A DNA stretch of 60,250 nucleotides, counting the filler, from Hausera hauseri (lineage: Eukaryota), in NCBI GenBank assembly GCA_046269625.1. It is 10 parts of 10 records of this genome, joined end to end, with 100 filler letters (N's around TTAATTAATTAA, not from the genome) between each part and the next. Parts side by side here need not be neighbours in the genome. Positions count along the whole stretch, not along the records: positions 10,447 to 15,010 come from JBJURY010526013.1; positions 15,111 to 19,622 come from JBJURY010547119.1; positions 19,723 to 28,410 come from JBJURY010568783.1; 7 more parts are not named here. One strand, given 5' to 3'. Shown here in pieces: positions 11,253-23,100 of the stretch; positions within the stretch are counted from its first letter, which is position 1, and each line of letters begins with the position of its first letter. Both the position numbers and the translations under genes were made by a program. A model generated the notes under the pieces. That model was not told the DNA's origin. It saw only the letters and a list, made by a program, of their open reading frames with translations, and made no database searches.

Positions 11253-14200
11253 TTATTCCAAGCGCCAATGTCCGTACGCCCAACTCTTATTTCGCCCCAC
11301 CCACTTACGCTTATCATCATTGCATAATAAAGCGACTTTTGTATTGGTCACCGTATACAGCTGGTGCTCAATCGATCGGATAATCGCTTGTGACACAACA
11401 GCCTTTGATTGTCCATCTTCTTCTTCATAGATACGGCGATAGTCACCGTGGTTTATTTCCGTCTGGGCCAATGAACTCCTTTATTGCGCAGTTTCGGTCT
11501 AGCGTCAGTTAAAAAATTGTAACATTTTAGGCGTAGAAATATCCATTTCCAATACTGAACCCGACCTTCACCTTCATCCTTAAAGCAGCCGATTTTGTTG
11601 GTGATCGCGCCGCTGTACAACGGATGATCCCGTGGATAGTTGTACGTGTCTAGAATTCCATCTGACTGTATTTGCTGCAGTAGCTGTTCGCAATTGACTT
11701 TTTTCAGCCGCAGGAAAAAACTGTTGTGTCTTCGGCAATTATACTAATGTCACAGCTGTCAAACATTTGCCTGTAACGTGCCAAATTGCGATACAGTAGC
11801 TCATACATTCACAACTTGTTCAGGTCAAATACCACTTGTCCGATGTAACTTGGCCGGTCCAGAACGACTTTTTTTCTGTTTAATAGCACCGCAACCAATC
11901 TATTGACAATGTGCATTGACCACCGAAACTGCGCCTTATTCGTGTACGTGACCAACCGCTGTTCGCTATTGCATAGGCGGACATTGAGCCGCTTTTTCAG
12001 ATTCTTCACTGTTTTTCCGTATAGAGAATTGTTTTCCAGCTTGTAGTAGTCCTTATCGAACTTTGTACAAGGTACGGCTTGTTTCTCTGAATTTCCATCT
12101 ATGTACGCCTTGAATATGGGAGCCTCAGCAAATCGGATTGCACAATGCAGCTGTGTGACACGTACACCGAGCTGCATGTAGAACTGTAGAAGATGCCAAT
12201 GAACCACGTAATTCAGCTTCGGTTCATGCGTCATCAGCAGTTTCTTCCCTTTTGAGTCTGGTGGGCATTGGTTAAATGGTGCTACCGGTAAATCGTCCAA
12301 AACATCATGCAGCTCATCTGATACCATGAGATCGACCTCCATCAAATATCCGACCGAGCCTGCCATGTCTTCTCGTGGTAGGTTGACCATTATGTTGTCC
12401 GGATCTTGTCTGTGGACAACTCATTCGAATGAACCGTACGGCAAGGGTTGCCAAAGTGCCAAGCCATACCGGTTATTAATATCAATATTCAGCAGTGATG
12501 CGGTATCGGTAGCATGGACCTGATGCTTGTTGACAAATGTTATGCTGCCGCGAATACCAACATCAAACAGCCGGTACATTTCCGGATCTTGCAACAGCTC
12601 AATGTCTTGATCCAGTAACATTGGAGCTGACGTCAAACTCATTCCCGGTATGGAATAAAAGTTGGGTGGCTCCAGCATATCTTTAGCCAACGCTTTAGCT
12701 CCAAACGCTTGGAACACATCGGCTAATAAGTACGCGTCCAGTTTAAGATACTGGAACATGTAATCCAACATGTTTTGACAAAAGAGTTCTGTCCAACACC
12801 TATGTGCTTTCTGGTATTCATCCTCTGCAATGCCTGTCCATCGCGGCGGTAATTCCTCTGCTGTCCGAAGTCGCTCATATGATGTTGCAAAGTCATATGG
12901 AAATATTCCTTTGCTGCGAGCAATATGTGCAGGGAACTGCTTCAGTGCTATCTGCAAATCTGTCAAAGCATTTACCGGCCTTGCCAATGTTCATTGAGAA
13001 ATTGCAATGAATCGAGGATGCGTACCTGAAAACGGTTTATACCAGAAGATAGTGACAGATATTTCTCCATAGTAGTCGGAATTATGGATAGTTCCCAGTG
13101 CGGAAATCCGTTTATTGCCCATTTAAAAATATGGTGACAATCATAACCCCTGAAGTTATGAAAACCACCGGCAAGAATGGCCGCAAACACCTTGCCAAAT
13201 TGCATAAATTACATGCCGCTCCAAGATATCGACCAGTAGAATGATCGTGATCCGGTACGAGCCGTTCCAGTGTGTCAAACGGTAATATTTTGTGGCACAG
13301 GTAACATTCATCTGTGACTGCAAATGTCAGGCGTTCATCTTTATCTGTCCATATAAAGGGTTTATTGCTATTTCTACTGTACTATGATGCGAATTTGGTT
13401 TCCACTATGGTTTTCAACTGATGCAAGAAATCGCGTACACAATTTCATTCATGGAAAACATAATATTGAGGTTGACTTGTGGCTTTTATTAGGACAACCA
13501 ACATACCGACGGAGACTGGAACATATTTTTGGTCATGTATGTTGTTCCGTGGTAAGACAGCTTCGATATCGGCATATACTACATATTCCGGACTGTCTGT
13601 TTTTGACCAATCAGTGAATCTGAGTTCCTGTTTGACGGGCATGACATACATTTTAATTCCTGACGAATTTTGTCTGCACAGAGTCACATGTTTCTCCCAT
13701 GTTGTTTCTGACTGAATCCATGAAGACATACAGGACACCACTTACACTGTTTCCGTTTTTGGAGGAAATGGTCATGCTCCATGTTCAGTAGTCTGCCCAG
13801 TTTTGTCACTGCAACGTAATGGTACTTTTCTTTTTGTTCCAGTAGCAACAAATTTACTGAGCTACCACTTGGATTCCGACACGGATAAGTTATATCCACA
13901 TGAGGATTTTTGTAAATTTCTTCATCCGCTGGTAATTCTACAACTGTGTTGTACCGGAACACGTTGATTGCCAGTGTAGGATTACGCTGTTCAAAAGCTG
14001 GAATATATTTCAGTTTTATTGGCATCCAGCTTTCGTCAAAATACAATTCGGAAAAATATTTCTGATACTGTTTTGGACGAGATGCACTATGTCTGTCCAC
14101 TTCGTAATATTTCAATACCACCAGAATACTGTAAAGAAAACAGTATTCATCGTTAGTATTTTTTACATTCACTACCGCCAGAGACTGCTTCAGAGATGCA

Positions 14201-14450
14201 GGTGTCGGTATGAATGATCGTCCAGACAAATATATTATGTCACTCGACTTTGTTTTGATAAAGCCAAAAATGACAATTCGTATAATTCGCCATCCACTAC
14301 CCTTTTCAGTGTAGTTGGCGATTTTCTCCTCGAGTTTTCGCCTACGTCGGCAATAAAATCATTGGCATATTGTGCAGCTCGATGTGACAGGTACCATTGT
14401 TTTCTGTTACCTTTAACGTTTTCAAATTCTACAAGTACATAATATTGCAC
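11253..14450 (-). mobile_element. Polinton/Maverick-type protein-primed DNA polymerase B, near full length but frameshifted
   Basis: VVNVKN.NDEYCFLYSIL, VVYADIEA (ExoI), DHDHSTGRYLGAACNLCN (EndoVII-like insert), FHNFRGYD.H (ExoII), ILDSLQFL, KGIFPY, Y..LD..LLADVF (ExoIII), IDINN.YG.A, YKL.NNSLYGKT, DDKR..AYGHW. Confidence 0.93.
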
Positions 14451-15744
14451 TTTTCAGTGTTGGTGTTAGAATTTCTCAACTTTTGATTCCAATCGATTAC
14501 ACACATTTTGCGGAACATGTCTCAATTGCGTTGTTGTTTTTGTTGTTTTCGCCGACATGTTCGCTTTTATGTCCACGTACGATCTGTTCAGATCGTACTT
14601 GACTCCAATATTGGGCAGATTGGCATATGGTTGCTACTGTTCTTGTTGTTATTGTTTTTGTTGATGCTGTTTCTCGGTACTGTTTCTGATTAAATCGTCA
14701 AGACTTGTTGAGACCTGACGTTTCTACTGGTTATTGAGGGACTGCTGCTGCTGCTGGTTGAGTCTATAACTATTTGTTTTTTCGACCACTTAAACTGGTT
14801 AATTAGAGTGTGTAGATAATAAAATTGTTCATAGTTGATTTCATCAACTATAGAACAACAACCGGGGCAAACGTAGGCCCTTTTACCGTGCACCGTTGTG
14901 GCGCCATAGTACTGCTACATTACACTATGGCAGCCGTCAACGTCATGCACTCTATTACTACAGTATCGTGGGTATGTGGGGCAATGTACAAGCATCATCT
15001 TCTTCGACCGNNNNNNNNNNNNNNNNNNNNNNNNNNNNNNNNNNNNNNNNNNNNTTAATTAATTAANNNNNNNNNNNNNNNNNNNNNNNNNNNNNNNNNN
15101 NNNNNNNNNNCACTCTGATTTCAAATGTCAGAAACTTTTCTCCTTCTTTCTGATACATGTTGGCCAATTCGACCACCTCATCGAGAGAGTTCACCTTCCT
15201 CATGAACGTCGATTTAAACCATATTATGGCTTCTCAATCCGACGGTTGATTTCCCTTCTTTTGTTTGAAATCCGTCCGCAGAAATCAGGCTTGTTCCGTT
15301 AACAGGAATTCACAGCTCCACAAACGGCCGTCGAAAAAATTTGTTAACATGAATCATGTCTTCCAGCCATCTAAACACGATAAAATTCGTCTGCAATTTC
15401 GGCAATTACACAATATTGCCCGACCCCTGAAAAAGCATGCAAAATTTAAATATACACACAAACAAATTTTCGTTAGCGACGATTCTGTTTACCGGCTATG
15501 GAATTATGTATATGTAAATTAAAGGTTTGTTAAAATGTCGATAATTTTTTGTTTGCATGACGGACAGCGATACTATTCAAGGGCCGAAATTTTTGCAATG
15601 TGTAACACGGTAACAGGACAGCGCGGCGTTTGGGATGTGGTAAGGGTTCTGGCAAACGTCATTTTGTCAAAGAATTCACGCCACCCGACACCGAATGCAT
15701 ATTGCCCGTAATTGTATTTTCATCGAAATTATAAAAGAAGCGGT

Positions 15745-18214
15745 CTATGAATATATTTTCACAATGCCCTCGGACCCGCAACTGGCGATAAACGGCATCT
15801 GAGGGTGGAACTGGACGCCATGAACTGATTCGCTGTTCTTAATCCGGTGACACGCGATCTCCTGAATGCACGACTTCTTGTCAAAGTCCCACATGCGCAA
15901 GGAGCCGTCGTGGCTGCCGGTAACCAGGTAGATACCGTTTTTGTCGATGTCGACACACGACACGACATCCTGATGGACGACCATCGAATGGACCACTGAA
16001 GGGCCGGCACGGATGTCCACCGTACGCAAACTGTGATCTTCATGTCCGCAGAAAATTAACGGCATTGTCGGATGGCTAACCAGTGCGCTGACACCCTGTT
16101 CGTTCCATCCGTTTCTCAATGAGCTGTCTACAGTCGATAAGTCAGTGTGATTGTCGCTAAATTGCCGTCACTCACCTGTTTTGCTGAGATCAATGGAGCA
16201 TTTGACACTGTCCGACTGCAGATCGACGATGTGCAGTGTGCCCGCAGACGTACCTATAGCCATCTGATTGACGTCCGTTCGAAGCATTGTTGCCCGGGTG
16301 ATTCGAGAATTGTTCACATTCGGCACAAGATCGGCCAACTTGATATCCTTCAACATGTGGGCAGCAAGGTCGAAACCTTGGTAGATTTTATTATCCTGCA
16401 AAATAAATCAATATTGAATTATTTACTGACGTCAATTAACAAGAATTTACTTACTGACGATTGTCAATCATAAATGTACACACAAACACGCAATAAATTT
16501 AACAACACATTACTTACTCACAATAAGAAAGTATCCACTGCCAATTGGCAATAAATAATTTTCAATCAGTTAGTCATCATAAATACACACACACAAGAAT
16601 GCATTAATTACTGACAAAACGAAATTATCTACTGACAATTGTCAGTAGATAATTCTCCATTAGCTAGTCATCGACCGTTTTACATGCAATCAATATGTCA
16701 AACAGCTGCAATAAATTTGGTGATAAATTGTTTACCGTACTGAGATTGGCGATGCTGTCAGCAGACAACAACGACCACAGTTTGACCTCATAAAGCGACA
16801 CTGAATAAATGACTGGTTCCGTTGGCAGATAATCCACGCACCATACCGGGTTTTCATGAGCTCCTAAACTCCTATTAAACTACCACAAAATGAAGCATTG
16901 ATATTTACCGGCAATATTCAATGCGTTTTGCGAAGGATCAAACAACTCATATGGATCTATTTCGAGACTGGGCAGGTTCCATAGTCGAATGCTGCCATCG
17001 AGACCGCCAGATACAGCCAGCGGCGTACTGCAAAGTTGCATCTCATCGCCAAGCACCTGGACCGATAAAACTGAACCGTCGTGGCCACGCATTGTTTGCA
17101 CAGCTTCCATTTCCATATTGGGACCCTTCTTTGACAACTATCGTAACGTCAATGTTACTCAAGCGAGCATCGCTGTACCTGAGTCTTATTGAAATTCCAC
17201 ACCTTGATAGTTCCATCGTCACTGCCGGACAGAATGGCACTGTCGTTCTTGTAGAACGACACGCACCGCACACTGTCAAAATGACCGCGCAACGTGTATT
17301 TTACATTCCACAGCTTCTTTACGGCATTCGAATCAACAACACCCGAATCGACCTTATCGCTGACCGATATGCTATTTGGAATTGGTACTGACCCACTGAA
17401 ATTTTTAGAAATATCTGGATTCTCTACATGAATGTTCATGAAACGTTATTCGCGCAATACCCTAAGACACCCACTTCCGTCGGCATCGTTAGCTACCGTA
17501 ATTCCCTCGAGATCCCCTAATCCAAAACTGTTCGTGTAATTGTCCATGTCGTTACCCTGAGACATTAACTTTTTGTCTTTGTTTGGCCCTAGAAATTGCT
17601 GTGATCGACAAACAAACAAGATTCGTTAACGAACCATCGAGAGAAATCTTTTCCGTTGCAAAATCGTCATTCTGAAAGTTGTCCTCACTCAAATGTGCCA
17701 AAAAATCCTGACCAAATCACATCCAACCAAATCCAATTAAGATTACTTGTAATTCCGAATCTTTCTTGGACAGTCTCCCAAACTTATCCGCTTTAGAAAA
17801 CGCTTTATACTTCTCTTTAAATCCACCTCCGAACTGTTGTGAGTCTCCTCGGAATCCCTTTTTCTGAGCTGCAGATATTCGACTTGACAAATGATCCAAC
17901 CAATTTGGATCATCATCGGTTTGTCGTTTACTGTCGTAATTATTAAAATCCGATGACACGTCATTCTTGTCTTTATCTTGGCTTAGAAAATCAAATGTTT
18001 TCATGACGGACTTTTCTGCATCGAGTAACGATTCATCACCATGTCTGTGTAGTCAACGGACGTAAAAAATCAATCGGGCAATCACGAAAATACGAACTTC
18101 ATTTTCGTCGAGTCATCCATCAATCGAGAAAAATAACTATCGGAAAAAACGTTTCGAAGTCGTATTTGACGAGCATCAACAACCGTGTCGACGTACCCGA
18201 CTTCTTGTAAAATC
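15745..18214 (-). CDS. STRN: Striatin/Cka (WD40), multi-exon, 5' exons not in this contig
   Basis: LQEVGYVDTVVDAR, KKLWNVKYTLRGHFDSVR, SGGLDGSIRLWNLPS..IDPY, CIQEIACHRIK.SESVHGVQFHP..IASCGSEGIVKIY*; short GT-AG introns between these blocks. Confidence 0.93.
16423..16730. repeat. Intronic array of palindromic motifs including a perfect 32-bp palindrome (16623-16654)
   Basis: AATTATCTACTGACAA|TTGTCAGTAGATAATT; degenerate relatives TACTGACGATTGTCAA (about 16453) and CACTGCCAATTGGCAA (about 16536). Confidence 0.75.
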
Positions 18215-18320
18215 CTAAAACAGCTTTTAGTTCATTTCTTTTAAATTGGGGAGTTTGTGGATTCCAAATTTTGTGTTTTTATACAACTCGGAAAGTATAC
18301 TAAATGTCTGTCCAAACGAA

Positions 18321-19152
18321 CACAATGTTTGTGAAATTTAAATTAAAATAAGTATGTCAAATAGTAAATTTGTTCGATAAATATACTTATATTCAAACGT
18401 AACAGTACTAATTCCTCAAAAAGTTAATATTATAATACTCCTCTACTCATCTTATATCAGCCACAAGAGACACTAGTTTACTTCTAACAATGGAATATTT
18501 CTAACTGCCACAGAGGAATTTTTATAACACAGTTAAATACGTTCAAAATACAATGCTGATTAATAATATGAAAATACTTTTTACAAACGCACTCAAATTA
18601 ACGTACGTGGAGCTTTTAAATATGACAGCTTTGGGAACTTCTTCAAAAAATTTTCTTCCATTTTCTCGAATTAATGTTGATTTTCAATTTGTTTCCTTCA
18701 TGTTCTGTCGGAATAAACAATTTCCATTTAATATTAGGCCTATAGCCTGTTTTAAACTGACAGAATTTTAAGAAGACATTGTAGATCGAATATTAAAAGA
18801 ACATTAACTCGAGAAAATGAACGAACATTTCTTTAAAGTTCAAAATTCTTAAACGTAGTGAGGAGAAACTTCAAGTGCAGAATGCTGTCATTTCAAAAGT
18901 TCCAAATGCGTTATTTTGACTGCGATGGCAAAACTTTTTCACATTATTAATCAGCATTATATTTTGCGCCTCTCTAACTATTTGACATAAAAATCCCAGT
19001 TAGAAATGTTCCCTTGTAAGAGCAGATTTAATTGAAAATTCGCAGGCTGACGATATTTGTTACGCTAATTTCAAATTATTTTTGCTCTTATCCAGAATTT
19101 TCTTAGCTATTGACAATAAACTTTTATCAGCAATAGTGTGATGCCCACCGTG
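18321..19152. mobile_element. About 830-bp imperfect palindrome (foldback/MITE-like), upstream of the first visible striatin exon
   Basis: Arms pair along the whole length, e.g. CAAAATACAATGCTGATTAATAATATGAAAA with the reverse complement of TTTTCACATTATTAATCAGCATTATATTTTG, and TTTTCTCGAATTAATGTT with AACATTAACTCGAGAAAA; centre near 18737; ends CACAATG...CACCGTG. Confidence 0.8.
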
Positions 19153-19182
19153 CTTCGAAGCCCCTTGGTCCATTTCGGTCGG

Positions 19183-19268
19183 ACAGCGACCGGGGTGTCG
19201 GTTTCGCCCCGACTGCCCCGTTTACCGGGTCTGTTTTTTCTCCCTCCGTGGGATCATCAGACCGGTTT
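19183..19268 (-). ncRNA. Degenerate hammerhead-ribozyme-like motif / GC-rich structured segment
   Basis: Minus strand CUGAUGA (19260-19254) ... GGGGC-GAAAC-CG-ACACCC-CG-GUC; stem III is perfect, stems I and II are imperfect. Confidence 0.3.
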
Positions 19269-20166
19269 AACTTCATCGAATAGTTTCAATTCAGAAACTC
19301 CAAAAAATTATGCAGTTAACAAAAATTGGTTAAGCGAGTTTACCTCAAAACGAAATCCAATAATACTCAATTTATAAAACAATTATTGATGCTCAAATTA
19401 TCGTATCACAGAATCAGATCAATCACAGAAAATATCCCGCAGTCAAAATTACCAAATTTGTCAAGAAGTCCACTTTAAGTACAACAATTGGCAACCATAA
19501 TATATCCTATTGGACAAGATTGACCGTATCAACAATATTAAATGACATCTGAAATTTTACGACTACTTCGTAACATTGTTTAGTCAGTCGCATTTTACTA
19601 CTGTTCTGAACTTCTCGAGATTNNNNNNNNNNNNNNNNNNNNNNNNNNNNNNNNNNNNNNNNNNNNTTAATTAATTAANNNNNNNNNNNNNNNNNNNNNN
19701 NNNNNNNNNNNNNNNNNNNNNNACAATAAAAATATAAAAATTGTAAGCTCTTGTTCGGATTTCTACCATATATGGAGTTTTTACATACGATTAGAAATTA
19801 TATTCCTAACTGTTATTTTAAGAGAAGTACTCCTTTATGCGGAGTTATTACAAGTGGAGATACTGCATAAATATATTGGTTTTTAAATCCTATCATATTC
19901 ATCCAACAGTTTACCGAATATGCGACAGAACTGTATAATTTCAGGAAATCTCCTTGTATACATTTTTTTCGAGATTTATTATGCAGGCATCAATAATTGC
20001 CTATCATTATGCACACATGATTTCGAGATCCACTTGATGTAATTGAATTTGTGTGTCAGTATGTACTATATATGCATGCTCTGTGTTTACTGAACAATAC
20101 ACTTTAAAATTTTTCTCTTTGTTTAAATAATATTTATATTTTTTTATTCGAAACTAAAATTTCATT

Positions 20167-23100
20167 ATGGCAAACCTCGATGTGGCTACAGTTCCATTGA
20201 AAGAGGTTAAACGAGTTCAATTCGGTCTTCTCAGTGCAGAAGAAATAGTAAATTTTTCATTATTTTAATTAAATCTATTTCTAATATAATTTTAATTAAA
20301 ATTTTCTAATAATTATTTAGAAGCGAATGTCCGTTGTTGAAGGTATTGAATATCCGGAAAAAACCGAAGAGGGTAAACCGAAGCGGAATGGTCTAATGGA
20401 CCCAAGACAGGGTCCTTGTGACAGGTATTCATTATGTCAGACGTGTGGTGGAAATATTGCCCAGTGTCCCGGCCATTTTGGTCATATGGAACTGGCAAAA
20501 CCAGTTTATCATATTGGTTTTAAAGAAAAGATTTTAAAAATATTACGATGCGTATGTTATAATTGTTCGCGAATTCTAGTCGATATTAAAAACGAGCGAA
20601 TAAGAGAAATTCTAACATCAACGGAAAATTCACCAAATAAACGATTTGAATTTATGTACGAAGAATGTAGGAAAAGGAAAAATTGTTTCATACCTATTGA
20701 AAAAAAAGTCGACTCTATTGAAAAGCAAGGTTGCGGGTATTTGCAGCCACAATTTAAAAGAAACGGATTGGATTTTTTTGTCATTCATCGAAGAAATGTT
20801 GAAAATGAATCCGAAGGAAAGCAACCGTTACTCGCTGAGACAGTTTTGGAGATTTTTCGTCGAATAAGCGATGAAGATTGCCTGATGTTGGGATTCAATC
20901 CGAAATTCAGTCGACCGGATCACATGATTATTTCAGTTTTATCCGTTCCGCCTTTGGCTGTCCGACCGCCGGTTGTTATGAATCATTCCGGAAGATGTCA
21001 CGATGATCTGACTCATAAACTAACTGAAATCGTCAAAGTCAACAATGATATTAAAATGTCGACAAAGAATGGCGTTGCGTCGACAATTATTCAGGAATTA
21101 ATCAATCTTCTTCAATATCACGTAGCGACTCTGTTCGATAACGAATGTGCCTTTTTACCAACGGCAATTCAAAAATCCGGTCGACCGTTAAAGACATTAA
21201 AACAACGATTGCAAGGAAAGCACGGCCGGATCCGCGGGAATCTGATGGGGAAACGTACGGATTACGCTGCACGAACAGTAATAACCGCCGATCCAAATCT
21301 CGATCTCGATCAAGTCGGTGTCCCACGAATGATTGCACACAATCTGACATTTCCAGAAAAGGTGACGCCGTTTAACATTCATTATTTACAGAAACTCGTC
21401 AACAACGGCACACTGTATCCCGGTGCCGAATTCGTTATTCGTGAAAACGGTGAACGAATCGATCTGAAACGACGACCGGACACATCAGATGTTCGATTGC
21501 AATACGGATATACGGTCGAACGTCACATGCTCAACGACGATTTTGTCGTGTTCAATCGTCAACCGACTCTGCACAAAATGTCCATGATGTGTCATCGTGT
21601 GAAAATTCTCCCGTTCTCTACATTCCGATTAAATCTCAGCGTTACAACACCGTACAATGCCGATTTCGATGGTGATGAAATGAATCTCCATTTACCGCAG
21701 TCTCTGGAAACGATTGCTGAAGTATCGGATCTAGCCCGGGTAACGAAATTGGTCGTCACTCCACAGAGTAATCGACCGGTGATGAGTATCGTTCAGGACA
21801 CGCTGACATCAGCAAATAAACTTACTCGTCGTGACGTATTTCTCGATCGTGCCGACATTATGCATCTGTTAATGTTCCATCGGAATTGGGACGGCGTTTT
21901 ACCGAAACCGGCAATCTACCGACCGAAAATGCTCTGGACCGGTAAACAGCTGTTTTCTCTGCTTATTCCCGGCCGGATAAATTGCATCAGAACGCACAGT
22001 ACCCATCCGGAATCGGAAGAATTCGGTCCATTCAAATGGATTTCACCGGGTGATACGAAGGTCATCATTGAAGACGGGGAATTGATTTGCGGAATGCTCT
22101 GTAAGAAAACATTGGGTAGCAGTTCCGGTTCATTGATTCATATCATTGCATTGGAACAGGCCCATGAAGAAACGGGCATGTTTTTCAATAACGTCCAATC
22201 GGTCGTCAACAATTGGCTGTTACTCGAAGGCCATACAATCGGCATTTGCGACACACTGTACGATTCTCGAACTCGAGAGGAAATTAAGTTAACAATTGAG
22301 AAAGCCAAAGAGGCAGTATTCGAAACGATCGATCGAGCACACAATGACGAGCTGCAATCGACACCGGGCAATACGCTGCGGCAGACATTCGAACATACCG
22401 TTAATAAAATCCTCAACGATGCTCGAGATAAAACGGGGAATTGCGCACAGAAATCGTTATCGCAGCACAACAATTTCAATGTCATGGTTATGTCCGGTGC
22501 CAAAGGATCGAAAATCAACGTTTCCCAAGTGATTGCCTGTGTTGGACAGCAGAATGTCGAAGGACGACGAATCCCATTCGGATTTCAACAACGAACTCTA
22601 CCGCACTTTATCAAGGACGATTACGGACCGGAATCGCGGGGATTCGTGGAGAATTCGTATTTGGCCGGTTTGACACCGACGGAATTTTATTTCCACGCAA
22701 TGGGCGGTCGGGAGGGACTCATCGACACAGCGGTAAAGACCGCAGAAACCGGCTATATCCAGCGACGACTGATGAAGGCATTGGAATCGGTGATGGTGAA
22801 ATACGACGGCACCGTTCGTAATCAGATCGATCAGATCATTCAATTTCGTTACGGAGAAGACGGACTCGATGGGGCGTTTGTCGAATTCCAGAATTTGCCG
22901 ACGTATCGATTGAGTACCGTTCAGTTTGAGAAGCAGTTCCGATTGGATGTAACGAATGAGGACGAGCTGCTGGAGTGTCTCGATGAACATGTTGTCCATG
23001 AAATAACGACTCGAACCGATTGCGTTTGTCTGCTCGATGCCGAATGGAATCAGCTTTTTAAGGATCGGCGATCAATTCGGAAAATATTGAAACACGACTC

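Noticed and set aside
15111-15720. Possible MATH-domain gene on the minus strand (FGVGWREFF; FLTFEIRV)
   Set aside because: Only short motif resemblance, interrupted by stops; no consistent gene model.
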